Below are positions 52,901-64,000 of a stretch of 64,000 nucleotides of DNA, in pieces. Origin of the DNA: Octopus bimaculoides. Taxonomy: Eukaryota. The stretch spans positions 16,358,831-16,422,830 of the forward strand of contig NC_069001.1 in the NCBI RefSeq assembly GCF_001194135.2, in the 5' to 3' direction. The translations under genes and the position numbers were made by a program. Below the pieces are notes generated by a model that was given only the letters and a program-made list of their open reading frames with translations, searched no databases and had not been told where the DNA came from. Positions within the stretch are counted from its first letter, which is position 1. Every line of letters starts with the position of its first letter.

Positions 52901-53883
52901 TGGTGGTTGCAACACCTCAAGGCAAGCTATATAGCACAGACATTTGTCTGCTTCCATTCCATTAAGCTGTAGTCAGGGCCCCACTTCTGACTCTATATTT
53001 GCATACAAATGTTGACTATATATATATATATGTATGTATGTATGTATGTAAATGAGGGAACCGAAGTGGTACCACCATGCTGGAAATAGCAGTTGAAAGT
53101 GACTCTAAAAACTATATGCATTCATATAGCACGGGCAAAAAGATAAATGAACAAAGAAATTAGCAAAAAAATTAATGGTTAACTCCAGAGCGAAAATTTC
53201 TGGCTTAGTAATAAAGTACTTTGCCTTCATTAGTGGAAATACACCAATTTCTTTATACTAATTTCAATATTACAATATACTAATTTCTTTGTTCATTTAT
53301 CTTTTTACTTGTGCTATATAGATAAATGATGTGGTTTTAGAGTCCATTTTGCCTGCTATTTCTGGCATTGTGGTTTTTTCCATGCTGGCTACTTGAAATG
53401 ATTGTTATGTTAAATGATGGTCTTATCCTCTTATATATTTATTTGGTGTGAGTTGTTTAGCTTGTCTATGACTTTTAGATGTTTTAACATCTGGCACTTT
53501 GAGGGAGTCATCCCCACCATTCTAATTCGCAGCCTACTAGTAAACAAACACAGAGTATACATGGAGTATGTGTGGTTGATAATGTTTACAACACTAGTGC
53601 TGCTTCTAATTCATATTTGAATATATATATATAGATAGATATAGCAGAAGTGCTAAGGCCAGTCCACCTGGTGAAAAGGATTGGCCTACAAGAGTCTAAA
53701 GCACTTGAGCAGTGTCACATAAAAGCAGCCAGTACACTCTGTAAAGTGGTTGGTGTTAGGAAGGGCGTCCAGCTGTGGAAACCATGTAAAATCAGACTGG
53801 AGCCTCTCCAGCTTACCAGTTTTAGTTAAACTGTTCAGCCCATGCCAGCATGGACAACGAACGTTAAATTTATGATGATGATG

Positions 53884-53921
<38 letters not shown>

Positions 53922-54499
53922 TTCCGTCCAGGCATCTGCTCCATAAGCTTCTATCAGAAGCAATTGTCATTATGCTTTCTGGTTGGATTTCCAAGCATGA
54001 CCAACTGAGACTATGGATATTACCTAACTATCTCGTTCTGCTCTTCTGTCTCCTGGCCTGTTGGCTCAACTTGAAGAATCTGTCTTGCAGTTCTTTTCTG
54101 CAAGATTCTAATTACATGTCTGTAGTACTGGAGTAGTGGCTCAACCCATAGGCTCCCTGATCTCTGAGCTATTCACCCGGTCAAGTAATCTTATTCAAGA
54201 GAGCCTTTAGAGGAATTGCGATCGTACTGTTTCTGCCATTACCCAATATTCATGACTTTAGGTGAAGATAGGTATGAAAACCAAATTAAAGGTAGCTCTC
54301 TTTTATCTTTTATTTGTTTCAGTCATTTAGCTGCAACCATACTGGAGCATTGCCCAAATTGACCCCAGAACTTTTTTTTAAAAATCTGGTACTTATTCTA
54401 TCAGTCTCTTTTGCTGAACTGTTAAGTTATGGTACATAAACACAGCAACACTGGTTGTCAAGTAGTGGTGGTAGACAGACACAAAGACACGCATAGATA

Positions 54500-54570
<71 letters not shown>

Positions 54571-54726
54571 CAGGCTTCTTTCAGTTTCCATCTACCAAAT
54601 CTACTCAAGGCTTTGGTTGGCCCATGGCTATAATAGATGACATCTGTCCATGCAGTGGGGTTGAACCCTGAACCATGTGGCTGGGAAGCAAGCTTCTTAC
54701 CCCACAACCACATGTTTGACATTTTT

Positions 54727-55709
54727 ACTTCCACCTTAGTGAAGGTGGAGGTGTTTTCAGTCGTGCTTGTTTGCTTGTTTGTCCATGGACATGAAATCTC
54801 AAGAACCACTGGATAGATCCGGATGAAACTTTCAGGGATGTTTGGCTTCATGACCGGCATGAACTGATAAGATTTTGGGATTGATCCAGTACCAGACAAG
54901 GATTCTGGATTATTTGTTATATTTACTTTACATGAAGTCTTACGATCTTACGTTGACTTTGAAGTCGTTCTCTAATTATCTCCCTTGAAAGCACGCTCAT
55001 GGTTTCCATGTAAGTTATGGTGGCATTGCTGTTTCCAAAGTTTTATTTTTGTTGCTCTATTATTAATTTTACTCATGTCTCTATCTTAGTAGAAACTGAT
55101 GGATAAAGAAATCAAACTACATAAACAAAAGGCAGCAAAACCGTTCAGAAATTAAATAACACTAACATTCAGTAATAATTAATTTATCCTCAACAATTTT
55201 TAGTTTTACCAATTTTGAATTTAAACGCTCCTGTTTAAAACCTCATACCCACTTGACAATTGCATTTATAGCTTTGCCTTGCAGGAAGTTTTACTTCTTG
55301 GACTTATATTTTTGTGTGCAACAATGTTGTTAACCCTCCGTTAACAGCACTGTATGCAGGTCCTTTCCGTTTTCTTTCACGCACAGATAAATTTTTCTCT
55401 ATAGACCTTAATGGTCAGAAAGACACTATATCAGTGGATAGACTGAAAAAGGCCTTCATAGAGAAAACTGTCTCTGTTCCCACTGCAGATGACACACGTA
55501 CAGCATTACAAACATGGCCCGCATACCCACCTTCACATTCCATGACTACCATTGGGATTGATCAGGTACTGGACAAGGATTCTGGATTATTTTACCATTT
55601 TTTTTACTTAATTTTTGAGAGCAGTCTGGTTCATTTTTAGTATTTTCATTTAAAAAATCATCTATCCAGCTAATTGTTGAGAGGACATTAGTATTGCCAT
55701 GGCAGAGGT
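54727..55709 (+). mobile_element. Helentron/HINE-like non-autonomous element with internal cargo
   Basis: 5' hairpin CCACCTT-AGTG-AAGGTGG (54731-54748), then (GCTTGTTT)-like repeats. Subterminal inverted motif ACTTCCACC versus GGCAGAGGT (55701-55709). Confidence 0.45.
55300..55470 (+). mobile_element. Gypsy integrase C-terminal (GPY/F) remnant
   Basis: PPLTALYAGPFRFLSRTDKFFSIDLNGQKDTISVDRLKKA matches the PYxGPFxV...DTVSIDRLKPA pattern. Confidence 0.7.
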
Positions 55710-56523
55710 GGGATTAGGCAAGTGATGTAGACACCAGATGAGACCCCAATAAGAGTTAAAAATTGATTAAAACTTTTCACAATTTTTATTCCAATTTACA
55801 GAGAAATTGGTAAAATTGAGATGTTTGTATGCCTACCACATAAGTTTACTTATATACATTTATGTATGTGTGTGTATATATATGTGCACACATACACACT
55901 GAGGTGAGCACACAAGTGCAAAACAAGGTGGAAAATATAGTACTCAAATATAGTTTATATTAAAGCTGCAAAATTATCACAACTGTTACTCAGTTTCATG
56001 TTCTTGTTTGTCAGACAGTTATAATGTGAGTTTTCATCACAACTATTCTATGAATGCAAATGTGAAACTCTGAGTAATAGTTCTGTAATAATTTTGCAGC
56101 TTTATATATATAATATCTACATAGAACCCCACCTCCCCTTAGATCTGTTACTGTTGATACAATGGACCATCCAGGGTTTACTGCTGCAGAATGGAGGGCA
56201 ACACCAATACATGGATGGTTCTGATTTCATCTGGGAAAACATGAGATGGAGTACTTTGCTTAAGGATACAATGTATCATCTGGCCTAGAATTTGTGTGCC
56301 CATGGCTGAGAAGATTGAAAATAGAGGACATCAGACGATTAATAAATTGAGTTGGAACCAATAATAATTTACATATATGAATCAAGTCAAGGGAGGACAG
56401 TGACAATGAACAGACAATAATGAGAGAAGGAAAGAACACATTTTACATAACCAGGGAAATCTCTTTTATCACTGCCTGTCTGATTTTATATATATCATAC
56501 ACACATACACGCTCACACACATA

Positions 56524-57747
56524 AAGGGTGTGGACAGGATTCGTTTGCATGATGGCTGTCTCATGGAAAAATAGTGTTTTTATTTTCTGAGATATATTCA
56601 TTAAATTTGGGTCAGTTTATCTTCATGACATGTCCTGTTGATCTCACTCAATGAACCTGCTTTGGCCTTGATGACAGCCTCCAGATGACTTCAGAACTGG
56701 CCACAGGCCTTTGTCACTATCTCCTGTTTTAGGCCCTGGGCCCTGGTAATACTAGCACTCAGCTTATCCTTTGCATTGTAGCTAGATTTGTTGGTTTCTC
56801 ATTCCATCCTCGCCCCACACAAAAATGTTGGGGGTGGGGTTTAGTCAGGCAAGTTGGGAGGTCAAATGTCATGTGCTGTGTGATTGAAGAAATTCTCTGA
56901 CAGCCAAACCTGGGTCTTTCAGCCGGTGTGGCAGGGCACAGAATCTTGTTGCCACATGTACAACCTCTTTGCAGCTACCTGATCAATCCAGGGCTTCACC
57001 ACCTCACTCAGAACATAGATGTAGCCGTCCAGCCTGAGGCTCTCAGGCAAGAAGTGGGGTGGCATGACATCACTTTCACTGCTGATGACACCGAAGACCA
57101 TGATTGTCGCTGGAACTTTCATCTGTATGACTCTGGGTATGTCCTTCAGTGAGACAGTGAGCCACCTGTTGTTATGAGGATTGATCTTTTGGTTTTGGGT
57201 GAAATTCTTCTCATCAGAGAAGAATATCCATATGTCTGGTTCCTGCAGATGAGTTGCTTTTGCTACATTGCCTTGGACTGAAATTGTCCCTTCCTTACCT
57301 TGTATAAAAAGTAGACCAGTCTGATGAGCTTTCCATCCACACCTTTCTCCCATGCAATGACATGCATCAACTAGCTGGGATCATTGTTGATGATCTGGAT
57401 TTCAGTGACAAATTCCAGCAATCTGATGGCATCAGATCATTGACCATGGGTTTTTCTCTCTGCTGTTGTTTTGTAGTCAAACCTTAAATCTTCCAGCTCC
57501 TTTCTGACCTTTCCCACTATCATTCTGCTGACATTTAGGAGGTCTGAAATCTTGTTTTTCCTTCTGGTGTGGATTCCAAAGGGGACTTCATGCCTCTTCC
57601 ACAAATTGGAAGGTTCACAATTTTCCATAGTCTATTATTCTGCAAAAAAATAACTCGAAATGGTTATTGTTTTTAAGAAGGAAAAGATTTTATGAAGCTT
57701 ATCAAATAAGCAGTTGAAAATTGCGAATGAATGCTGTCTGCACCCTG
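56524..57747 (-). mobile_element. Tc1/mariner-superfamily transposon fossil (DD37D/maT-like)
   Basis: FFSDEKNFTQ..MVFGVISSESDVMPPHFLPE..YMWQQDSVPCH. Degenerate TIRs (AGGGTGTGGACAGGATTC versus reverse complement of GAATGCTGTCTGCACCCTG), flanked by TA. Confidence 0.85.
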
Positions 57748-58129
57748 TATATATACAATCATCATTTAATGTCCATATTCCATGTTGGGATGGTTGGATG
57801 GATGGAGAAGGATCTGATTGGCCCAGCAACTGCATTGTGTTCCAGTGTCTGTTCTAGCATAGTTATTACATCTGGATGCCAATCCTAACCCTAACCACTT
57901 TACAGTATGTATTGGGTGTTTTTTTTTTTTCTGTGACAACTGCCCTAGTGATGTTGCCATGCAGCTTGCAAGACTACAAACCCTGATGGTTAGCTTTATG
58001 TTTGGAGATGAGGGGTAAAAGTGTGAGAGAAAGCGCCAGAGCAGAACTGGTTTCTCGCTGTAGAGGAACTGCATGACTACTTAAACTTTAGAAGGGAGGA
58101 TTGGTAGTGATAAGGTGGGGCTGGAAAGA

Positions 58130-59830
58130 GATAAAATACTGGTGATGAGACGTCAGGATAGACCTTCAAGGTACATCATTCGTCCCAGTCTTTTGTAATT
58201 GTCTCTATGAGGTTCAATGTCCTGAAATCGGCTCACCACACTTTGTTTCATGTTTTCCTAGGTCTCCCTCTTCATCAAGCTCCATCCACATTAAGTGATC
58301 AGCACTTCTGTATACAGCTATCCTCATCCATATGCATCACATGTCCATACTAGCGTCATCTTTTTTCTTGCACACACGCACATATCTGATTCCTCTTATG
58401 CCCAGTTTTTCTCTCAGCACATTTACAGTCACTTATGCAATACTTATACTGCACATCCATCAGAGCATGCTTGCTTCATTTCTTTCCAGTTTTCTCAAAT
58501 CCTCTGCATTCAAGGCCCATGTTTCACTTTCATGCAACATTGCAGTTCTAACACAAGCATTATACAGTCTGCCAGTCACTCTAATGGAAAGTTTTTACTC
58601 TGGCTACTATACTTTCAGAGCAACCACCTCCTTTGCTAATTACATCTAGGTAACCAAAGCTATCAACTACTTCTAGTGAGCCATCTGAGTTAAGACAAAA
58701 TATTTCTTGTGTGTTCATAGAACACACCACTTCAGTGTATCTATCACACAGCTTACATTCTTTGATAGTCTACCTACGATTCCACTACACTTTCTGTATA
58801 TCCAAAGCTTCCATTAGGTACACTGTATGGAGTTTATACCAACTCCTTTTCTACATATTGAACAAGGCCATTTCCCTGAAGATACTAGGGTCCTGTTATT
58901 TACTTAAACTTTTCTCTTTGCTGGGTTTACCTTAAGACCTCTCGATTCTAGGTTAAGTTTCCATGCCTAGAATTTCCTCTCATTCTCTTATAGATTCAGC
59001 TATGATGAGCTAAATCATTAGTATTAAGAGTTCTCATGGAAAACCTGTCTTAAAACTCCTCTGTGATGGCCTGCAGGACTATGAGGAATAGAAGAGGACG
59101 GAGGACTGGACATTAATGAACTCTTACTTTCGTGCTAAATTTGTCACTGAAATCATTGCCAGCTTTCACTTTACTCACTGCATCTGTATACCTAGCTTGT
59201 ACAGCCCTTATAAACCATTCATCTGTGTCTAGTTTCCTCAGGGACCACTAAATCACTGCGTGTGGTCCTCTGTCAAATGCATTCTCCAAATCAATGAAGG
59301 ATAGAAATAGTAGTTTATTCTCCTGTAGTTTCCTCATTAGGAAGATTCTATCTGTGGTCGATCCTCCTGGGACTGTCAAACTACATATCATCCAGGTCTA
59401 CTCTATTGCAGATCAATTGTGCTATGATTCTCTTCATAACCTGATCCATTAGTTTGATTCCTTTATAGTTACTCTAAGGTATCTCCTTTGCTTTTGTAGC
59501 AGTTTACAGCAATACAGCAATGCCAGTCGTTGGGTATGACACTTCTTTCTATAACTCAGACTATTTGGGTGGTAATCATTCAATAGATATTTTGAACTCC
59601 TCTGCAACTATCCCTGCTTTCCCCTTCTTCATGTCCTTGATTGCTATATCTATCATGCTGTTGTCAACTAGAATCTACATGAAGTAACCCCTCTAGCCTA
59701 TACATTCTCTACATTCAGCAACCTCTCACAATAGTGCTTCCACACCTCTAGACCTTTACATTGCTGGACACATGTAAATCTCTTCCTTGTTGCCTCTGTT
59801 TTAACCAAGTATACCTGTTGCCTGGTTTCC
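58130..59830 (-). mobile_element. Degenerate RTE LINE RT region
   Basis: Homologous in the same orientation to 17604-18480 (e.g. ctacatattgaacaaggccatt) and extends into RT-domain-like sequence; heavily mutated. Confidence 0.7.
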
Positions 59831-60269
59831 TTTCAAGCCATATGGTTATGCTCCTTACTAAATGTGCAATATGGCTGAATGCTTAAGAAATTCACTTTTC
59901 AATCAAGAGTAACTGTGCTCAGTCCCACTGTGCAACTTCTTGGGCATGTCATTTTTTTATTGCCTTAGGTCGACCCAAAACCATGAATGAAACTGGGTAG
60001 ACAGAAATGGTGTTGAAGCCTGTCAGATGGATTGTATCTGGAATTTTTAGGTTCTGCCTTGTCACATTGTGCCATGTTGTTTTCATCTGAGAGTTACTTT
60101 CGAGGTACATGTAACTGGGATATTCAGCCACTTACATTAAATCAATAAATGTGGTAGTTCAGTTGATTAAGCAAATAAAAGTTTGTGAGTGGAATTTCTA
60201 ATCGAGATTGATTTTTATACAGCAGATATGAAACTGTGTGTGTGTGTACATATATAAAGTTGTGTGGTT

Positions 60270-61340
60270 TTTATGTACAGTGCATCAGTTCTTTGAGGTC
60301 ATTTTTATGAATTTAGAAGACATAGCTCATCAAAGAAAATCTGTATTTGTAAACAAATTAGTACAAATAATCACAAGAATCCTTTTATCTTACATATTCA
60401 TTGAATCTACTGTTAGCATTAATGGCTGCTTCAATATGGGGTTGGAAGCATTGACATGCCCAAATCTGATGATTTTTATCAATTTTGACATAGTACTGGT
60501 TATAGGGAATTTCCGAGATTGTATGGTGTTATGGGAGTGTTGATTGACCTTTCTCTTGACTATGCCTCATGTAATAGTCCAGTGGATCGAGCTCTGGTGA
60601 GCTAGAAGGTCATGTGTCTTGGAGAAATTGATCATGGAGATTGGCATGCATCCATGCTTGAGTTGTCCTGACCTTGTGAGACAGAGCAGAATCTTGTTGG
60701 AAAACATATGGTCTTCCATTGCATATTCTGTCTATATAGGGCATCACAACTTTCTCTAACACTTTTGTGAAAAAAGTGTGGAGGCATGACTCCCAGAACC
60801 ATAGCAATTGCTGGGAACTTAGTATGCATGACTGTTGGAACCTCATTTGAGTCTCTGCATAACCATCTGTCTTTCCTCTGGTTTCAATTAAAGTTTTTCT
60901 AATAGGAGAAAAATCAAAGCATTCAAGCCTCTTGGTGTTTTAACTTATTTGTGCACAACTCTTCTGATGGTGCATTCTGAAACCTTGAAGTCCTTTGCAA
61001 TGACTTCCTGGAGTTTTCATTATTTCTTGGACATTTTGCATGAAGTTATATCATGTGATGGTATTAGGACCCTGTACATGCATTTTGCATTTAGTTGCTG
61101 ATGTTGGATCCAGATCAGCAGCTTCTAGCTCCTTTTGAACTTTGTCAGTGAAGGATAAGGTAACTTTGAGTAAGTGAGTTATCTCTATATCACTGTGCTG
61201 CACTTTTAAAGCAATAATTACAGTGCACCTTTTCATTTGCTGGGTCATCCTGATGTCTGCTGTTATTTATATGAAAATTAAGAAAAAAAAGAAAAAGAAT
61301 GGCTCTTGAAAGAGGTACTCTCAAAACAAACTGAAGTACC
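60270..61340 (-). mobile_element. Second Tc1/mariner fossil of the same type
   Basis: KFPAIAMVLGVMPPHFF and LEKVVMPYIDRICNGRPYVFQQDSALSHK; N-terminal MTQQMKRCTVIIALKVQHSDIEI; ends approximate. Confidence 0.75.
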
Positions 61341-61842
61341 TTGTGTAGGAATGTGACTGGTTGGTATGTTTGTCTCTGTATAAATACACAAGTTTATATA
61401 AATGTACACATAAATAATATAATGTTGTATGTATGGTGTGTGTGTGTGTGTGTGTAATTTACATGGTCATCAGCATATATGTATCTTGACTATTTTCAGA
61501 AAAGATGTCACTGTGTTGTCTATAGTTGTATATAACTTGGTGCAGTCTCATTAAAAAAAGTGGCATCTGAACAAATGAGGAGGGAACAAATTGAACAGAA
61601 GGAGCTTAGATAGTCTTGAACTGCCTGCATTTTTAGCATTGAATTTATCTCCCATCTGTTGAACAAATAAATAGAATGCTTTACATTGGACTTGTCAGCC
61701 ACCCCTGAATATCCCATTAGAATCATAGAACTTGTGTAATGGTTTTCTCTCACACACATGGGTTGTCTTGAAAGTAATGCAAAAGGAGTATAACTTTTTT
61801 TTTTATTAACTAACACAGGCTATTCAGATTCTTCCTCTATAT

Positions 61843-62147
61843 CAGTGGTTCTCAACCAGAGTCCATGTGACCCCTGAGGGTCCATATAAAATTTTTGGGG
61901 ATCCACAATAGTATTTTAAGGGCCCCTGAAAAATTTTACTTTAGATGTATGTATTGCAAGAAATAGCTAGGTTTCTTTCTCTAACATTCTACATAGTTCA
62001 ATCTACGCAAGTTAATGGGTGAAAAACAAAATATGAATTTTGAAAGAAGTATCTATAAAACATTGAATGGCTATGGGGTTACACCAAAATAAAATAGTAA
62101 ACAAACAAAAGGGGTCCAAAGATTAAAAAAATGGCTGAGGACCCCTG
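61843..62147. mobile_element. hAT-type MITE with intact 8-bp TSD
   Basis: TIRs CAGTGGTTCTCAACCA / TGGCTGAGGACCCCTG; perfect TSD CTCTATAT at 61835-61842 and 62148-62155. Confidence 0.85.
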
Positions 62148-62199
62148 CTCTATATAAAGAAAGGTATGACTCAACAGTCTCTCTCCATCACAAGTGAAG

Positions 62200-63110
62200 T
62201 ATTTGTACCATCAATAACTCAGCTCTTGAATCCTCTTTGAAAAAATTCAAGTGTCACTTCTTCACGGCCACTTTCACTTTACCTTTGTCAACAAATTGTT
62301 GTCCCCAAGGACTCTCTTTCATTGGACTAACAAAGTGGAAGTCAGAAGGCACCAGATCCAGACTGCAGTAGATGGTGGACTATTAACTGGACCATTTTGC
62401 CGACTGTCCAATTTGTTGCTAGGGATGTGTGTGGTCACATGTTGCCATAGTGAATGGTCAGATTCTTACTTGGTCTTTTCTTGTTAATGACTTTTCAGCT
62501 CTTTGAGTGTCTCAATTCACTGTTTGCTGTTCATGGTACAGTTCTGTTCCAGAAAATCAAGGAGAATTACACTTGTCATCCATCAAACAATCACCATGAC
62601 TTTGTGTCAGTTGCTGGCTCTTGAACTTCTAACACCTTGGACAAAAGGTGTGATACTATTTCACGGACCTAGTTTTGTTTCTGGATTATAAAGTTATGCT
62701 TATGTTTCATCTCCTGTCTTTCCTTCAAATTGAGTGTCAACTGCTGAGGCACCCACTTTGCACTTTCTCAAAGTCTTCCATCATCTGGAATGCATTTTGA
62801 CAACAGGTCAACTGTACAGCAAGCTCATGGACTGTGACTTCATTTGGTCCACTTGTTGATTCATGTCAGTGGTCACAGCTGATGGCTTCATACTGTAGGG
62901 TTTGTCTTCAGTGCTGGTTTGCCCTTCTTTAAATTTCTTCGTCCATCTGTGCACAGCTCTTGTCAATGATGTAAACAACTTGTAGCCTTCTGCAGATGTC
63001 AGACAGCCTTCGCCTTGCCTTCATCAGCAACACGAAGGAGAGTTGCTGTTGAAGATGAGTCATTCTACCAATTGTGGCAATTTGGATAACCTGTGAAGCC
63101 AAGCACACTT
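62200..63110 (-). mobile_element. Mariner (DD34D-like) transposase fossil
   Basis: Minus strand carries the mariner WVP motif (WVPQQLT) and fragments resembling the VDETW..PETK segment; multiple frameshifts. Confidence 0.6.
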
Positions 63111-63571
63111 TTCATCACTTTTGGAACAATCCTTGTGTATATGCATTTGTATGTATCCTGCTACAGAGACCGTGTCCAAATGAACATTGGGGCTCAGTGC
63201 AATCTTTTGGCTCATTAGTTTCTATCGACTGCTCAACCCATGCCAGCATGGACAATAGATGCTGAACAGTGATGATGATATGTAATTATGTATTTATATA
63301 TAGTCTGAAGATTCCCAGTCTGAGATGAAACCCGTGATCACAGTGAGGGCATTGCAGCTTTCTATTTTCTAAAACTCTTTACAAATCTATTGAGTTCTCT
63401 TTTTTATAGAGTTACAACAAGTACATTGTATATTTGCCAATTAGTCTTGTGTGTTTGTGTATGTGGCACGTTGTCAGTGCAGTGTTTCACATATTACGTG
63501 GGTATGTAGCTATGGCGACCAACACAGCTACATTCGTTACGCTGCTGCTGATAACGATAGTGGTGTGTGTA

Positions 63572-63870
63572 GGTGAGCTGGCAGAGTCGTTAGCACACTG
63601 GGCAAAAATGCTTAGCGGCATTTCGTCCGTCTTTACGTTCTGAGTTCAAATTCCGTCGAGGTCGACTTTGTTTCATTCTTTCGGGGTTAATAAAATAAGT
63701 ACCAGTTGAACACCGGGATCAATGTGATCGACTTATCCCCCCCCCCCATCCCGAAATTCTTTCATCTTTTCGGGGTCAATAAAATAAGTATGAGTTGAAT
63801 ACTGAGGTCAATGTCATCGACTATCCCCCGTCTCCCGAAATTTCAGGCTTTGTGCCCATAGCAGAAAGGA
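63572..63870 (+). mobile_element. SINE family B; other copies at ~3690-3935, 8510-8750, 8768-8970, 8990-9200, 12525-12740, 12760-12975, 35555-35757(-)
   Basis: Shared GAGCTGGCAGA-TCGTTAGC..GTTCTGAGTTCAAATTCC head and GTCGACTTTG..TTTCGGGGT-GATAAAATAAGTACCAGT..GGGGTCGAT-TAATCGACT core. Confidence 0.85.
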
Positions 63871-64000
63871 TTATAATAATTATTAGTATTTTTAATCCGA
63901 TTGCTTGACCGATATCTTACTGGAGCTGACATTGGTTTTCAAACTTTTTGGCTCTATGGTTTTTGAAGTACAAGAAGTACCAGTCATATATAGTGGTTAA

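Overview
AT-rich, microsatellite-dense animal genomic DNA from a draft assembly with six N-gaps. The SINE/LINE repertoire looks cephalopod (octopus-like); this is inference from repeat style, not a database hit. Two host genes are supported. (1) A complete, intron-free 500-aa mitochondrial-type Xaa-Pro aminopeptidase (XPNPEP3-like, minus strand 29224-30726). (2) The first coding exon of a GRB2/Drk-family SH3-SH2-SH3 adaptor (plus strand 45678-45755), whose next exon I could not find in the window. The rest is mostly transposon debris: three SINE/LINE-tail families, RTE LINEs, restriction-like-endonuclease (R4/Dong-type) LINEs, two solo LTRs with intact 4-bp TSDs nested in those LINEs, Gypsy integrase scraps, Tc1/mariner fossils, a hAT MITE with an 8-bp TSD, and Helitron/Helentron-like pieces. 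The most notable observations are a minimal hammerhead ribozyme core in a Penelope-like element (7438-7472), the intronless XPNPEP3, a degenerate ~345-bp tandem array with internal inverted repeats, a ~285-bp foldback, and CpG-retaining versus CpG-decayed domains. Nothing here demonstrably constitutes a new multi-gene system.
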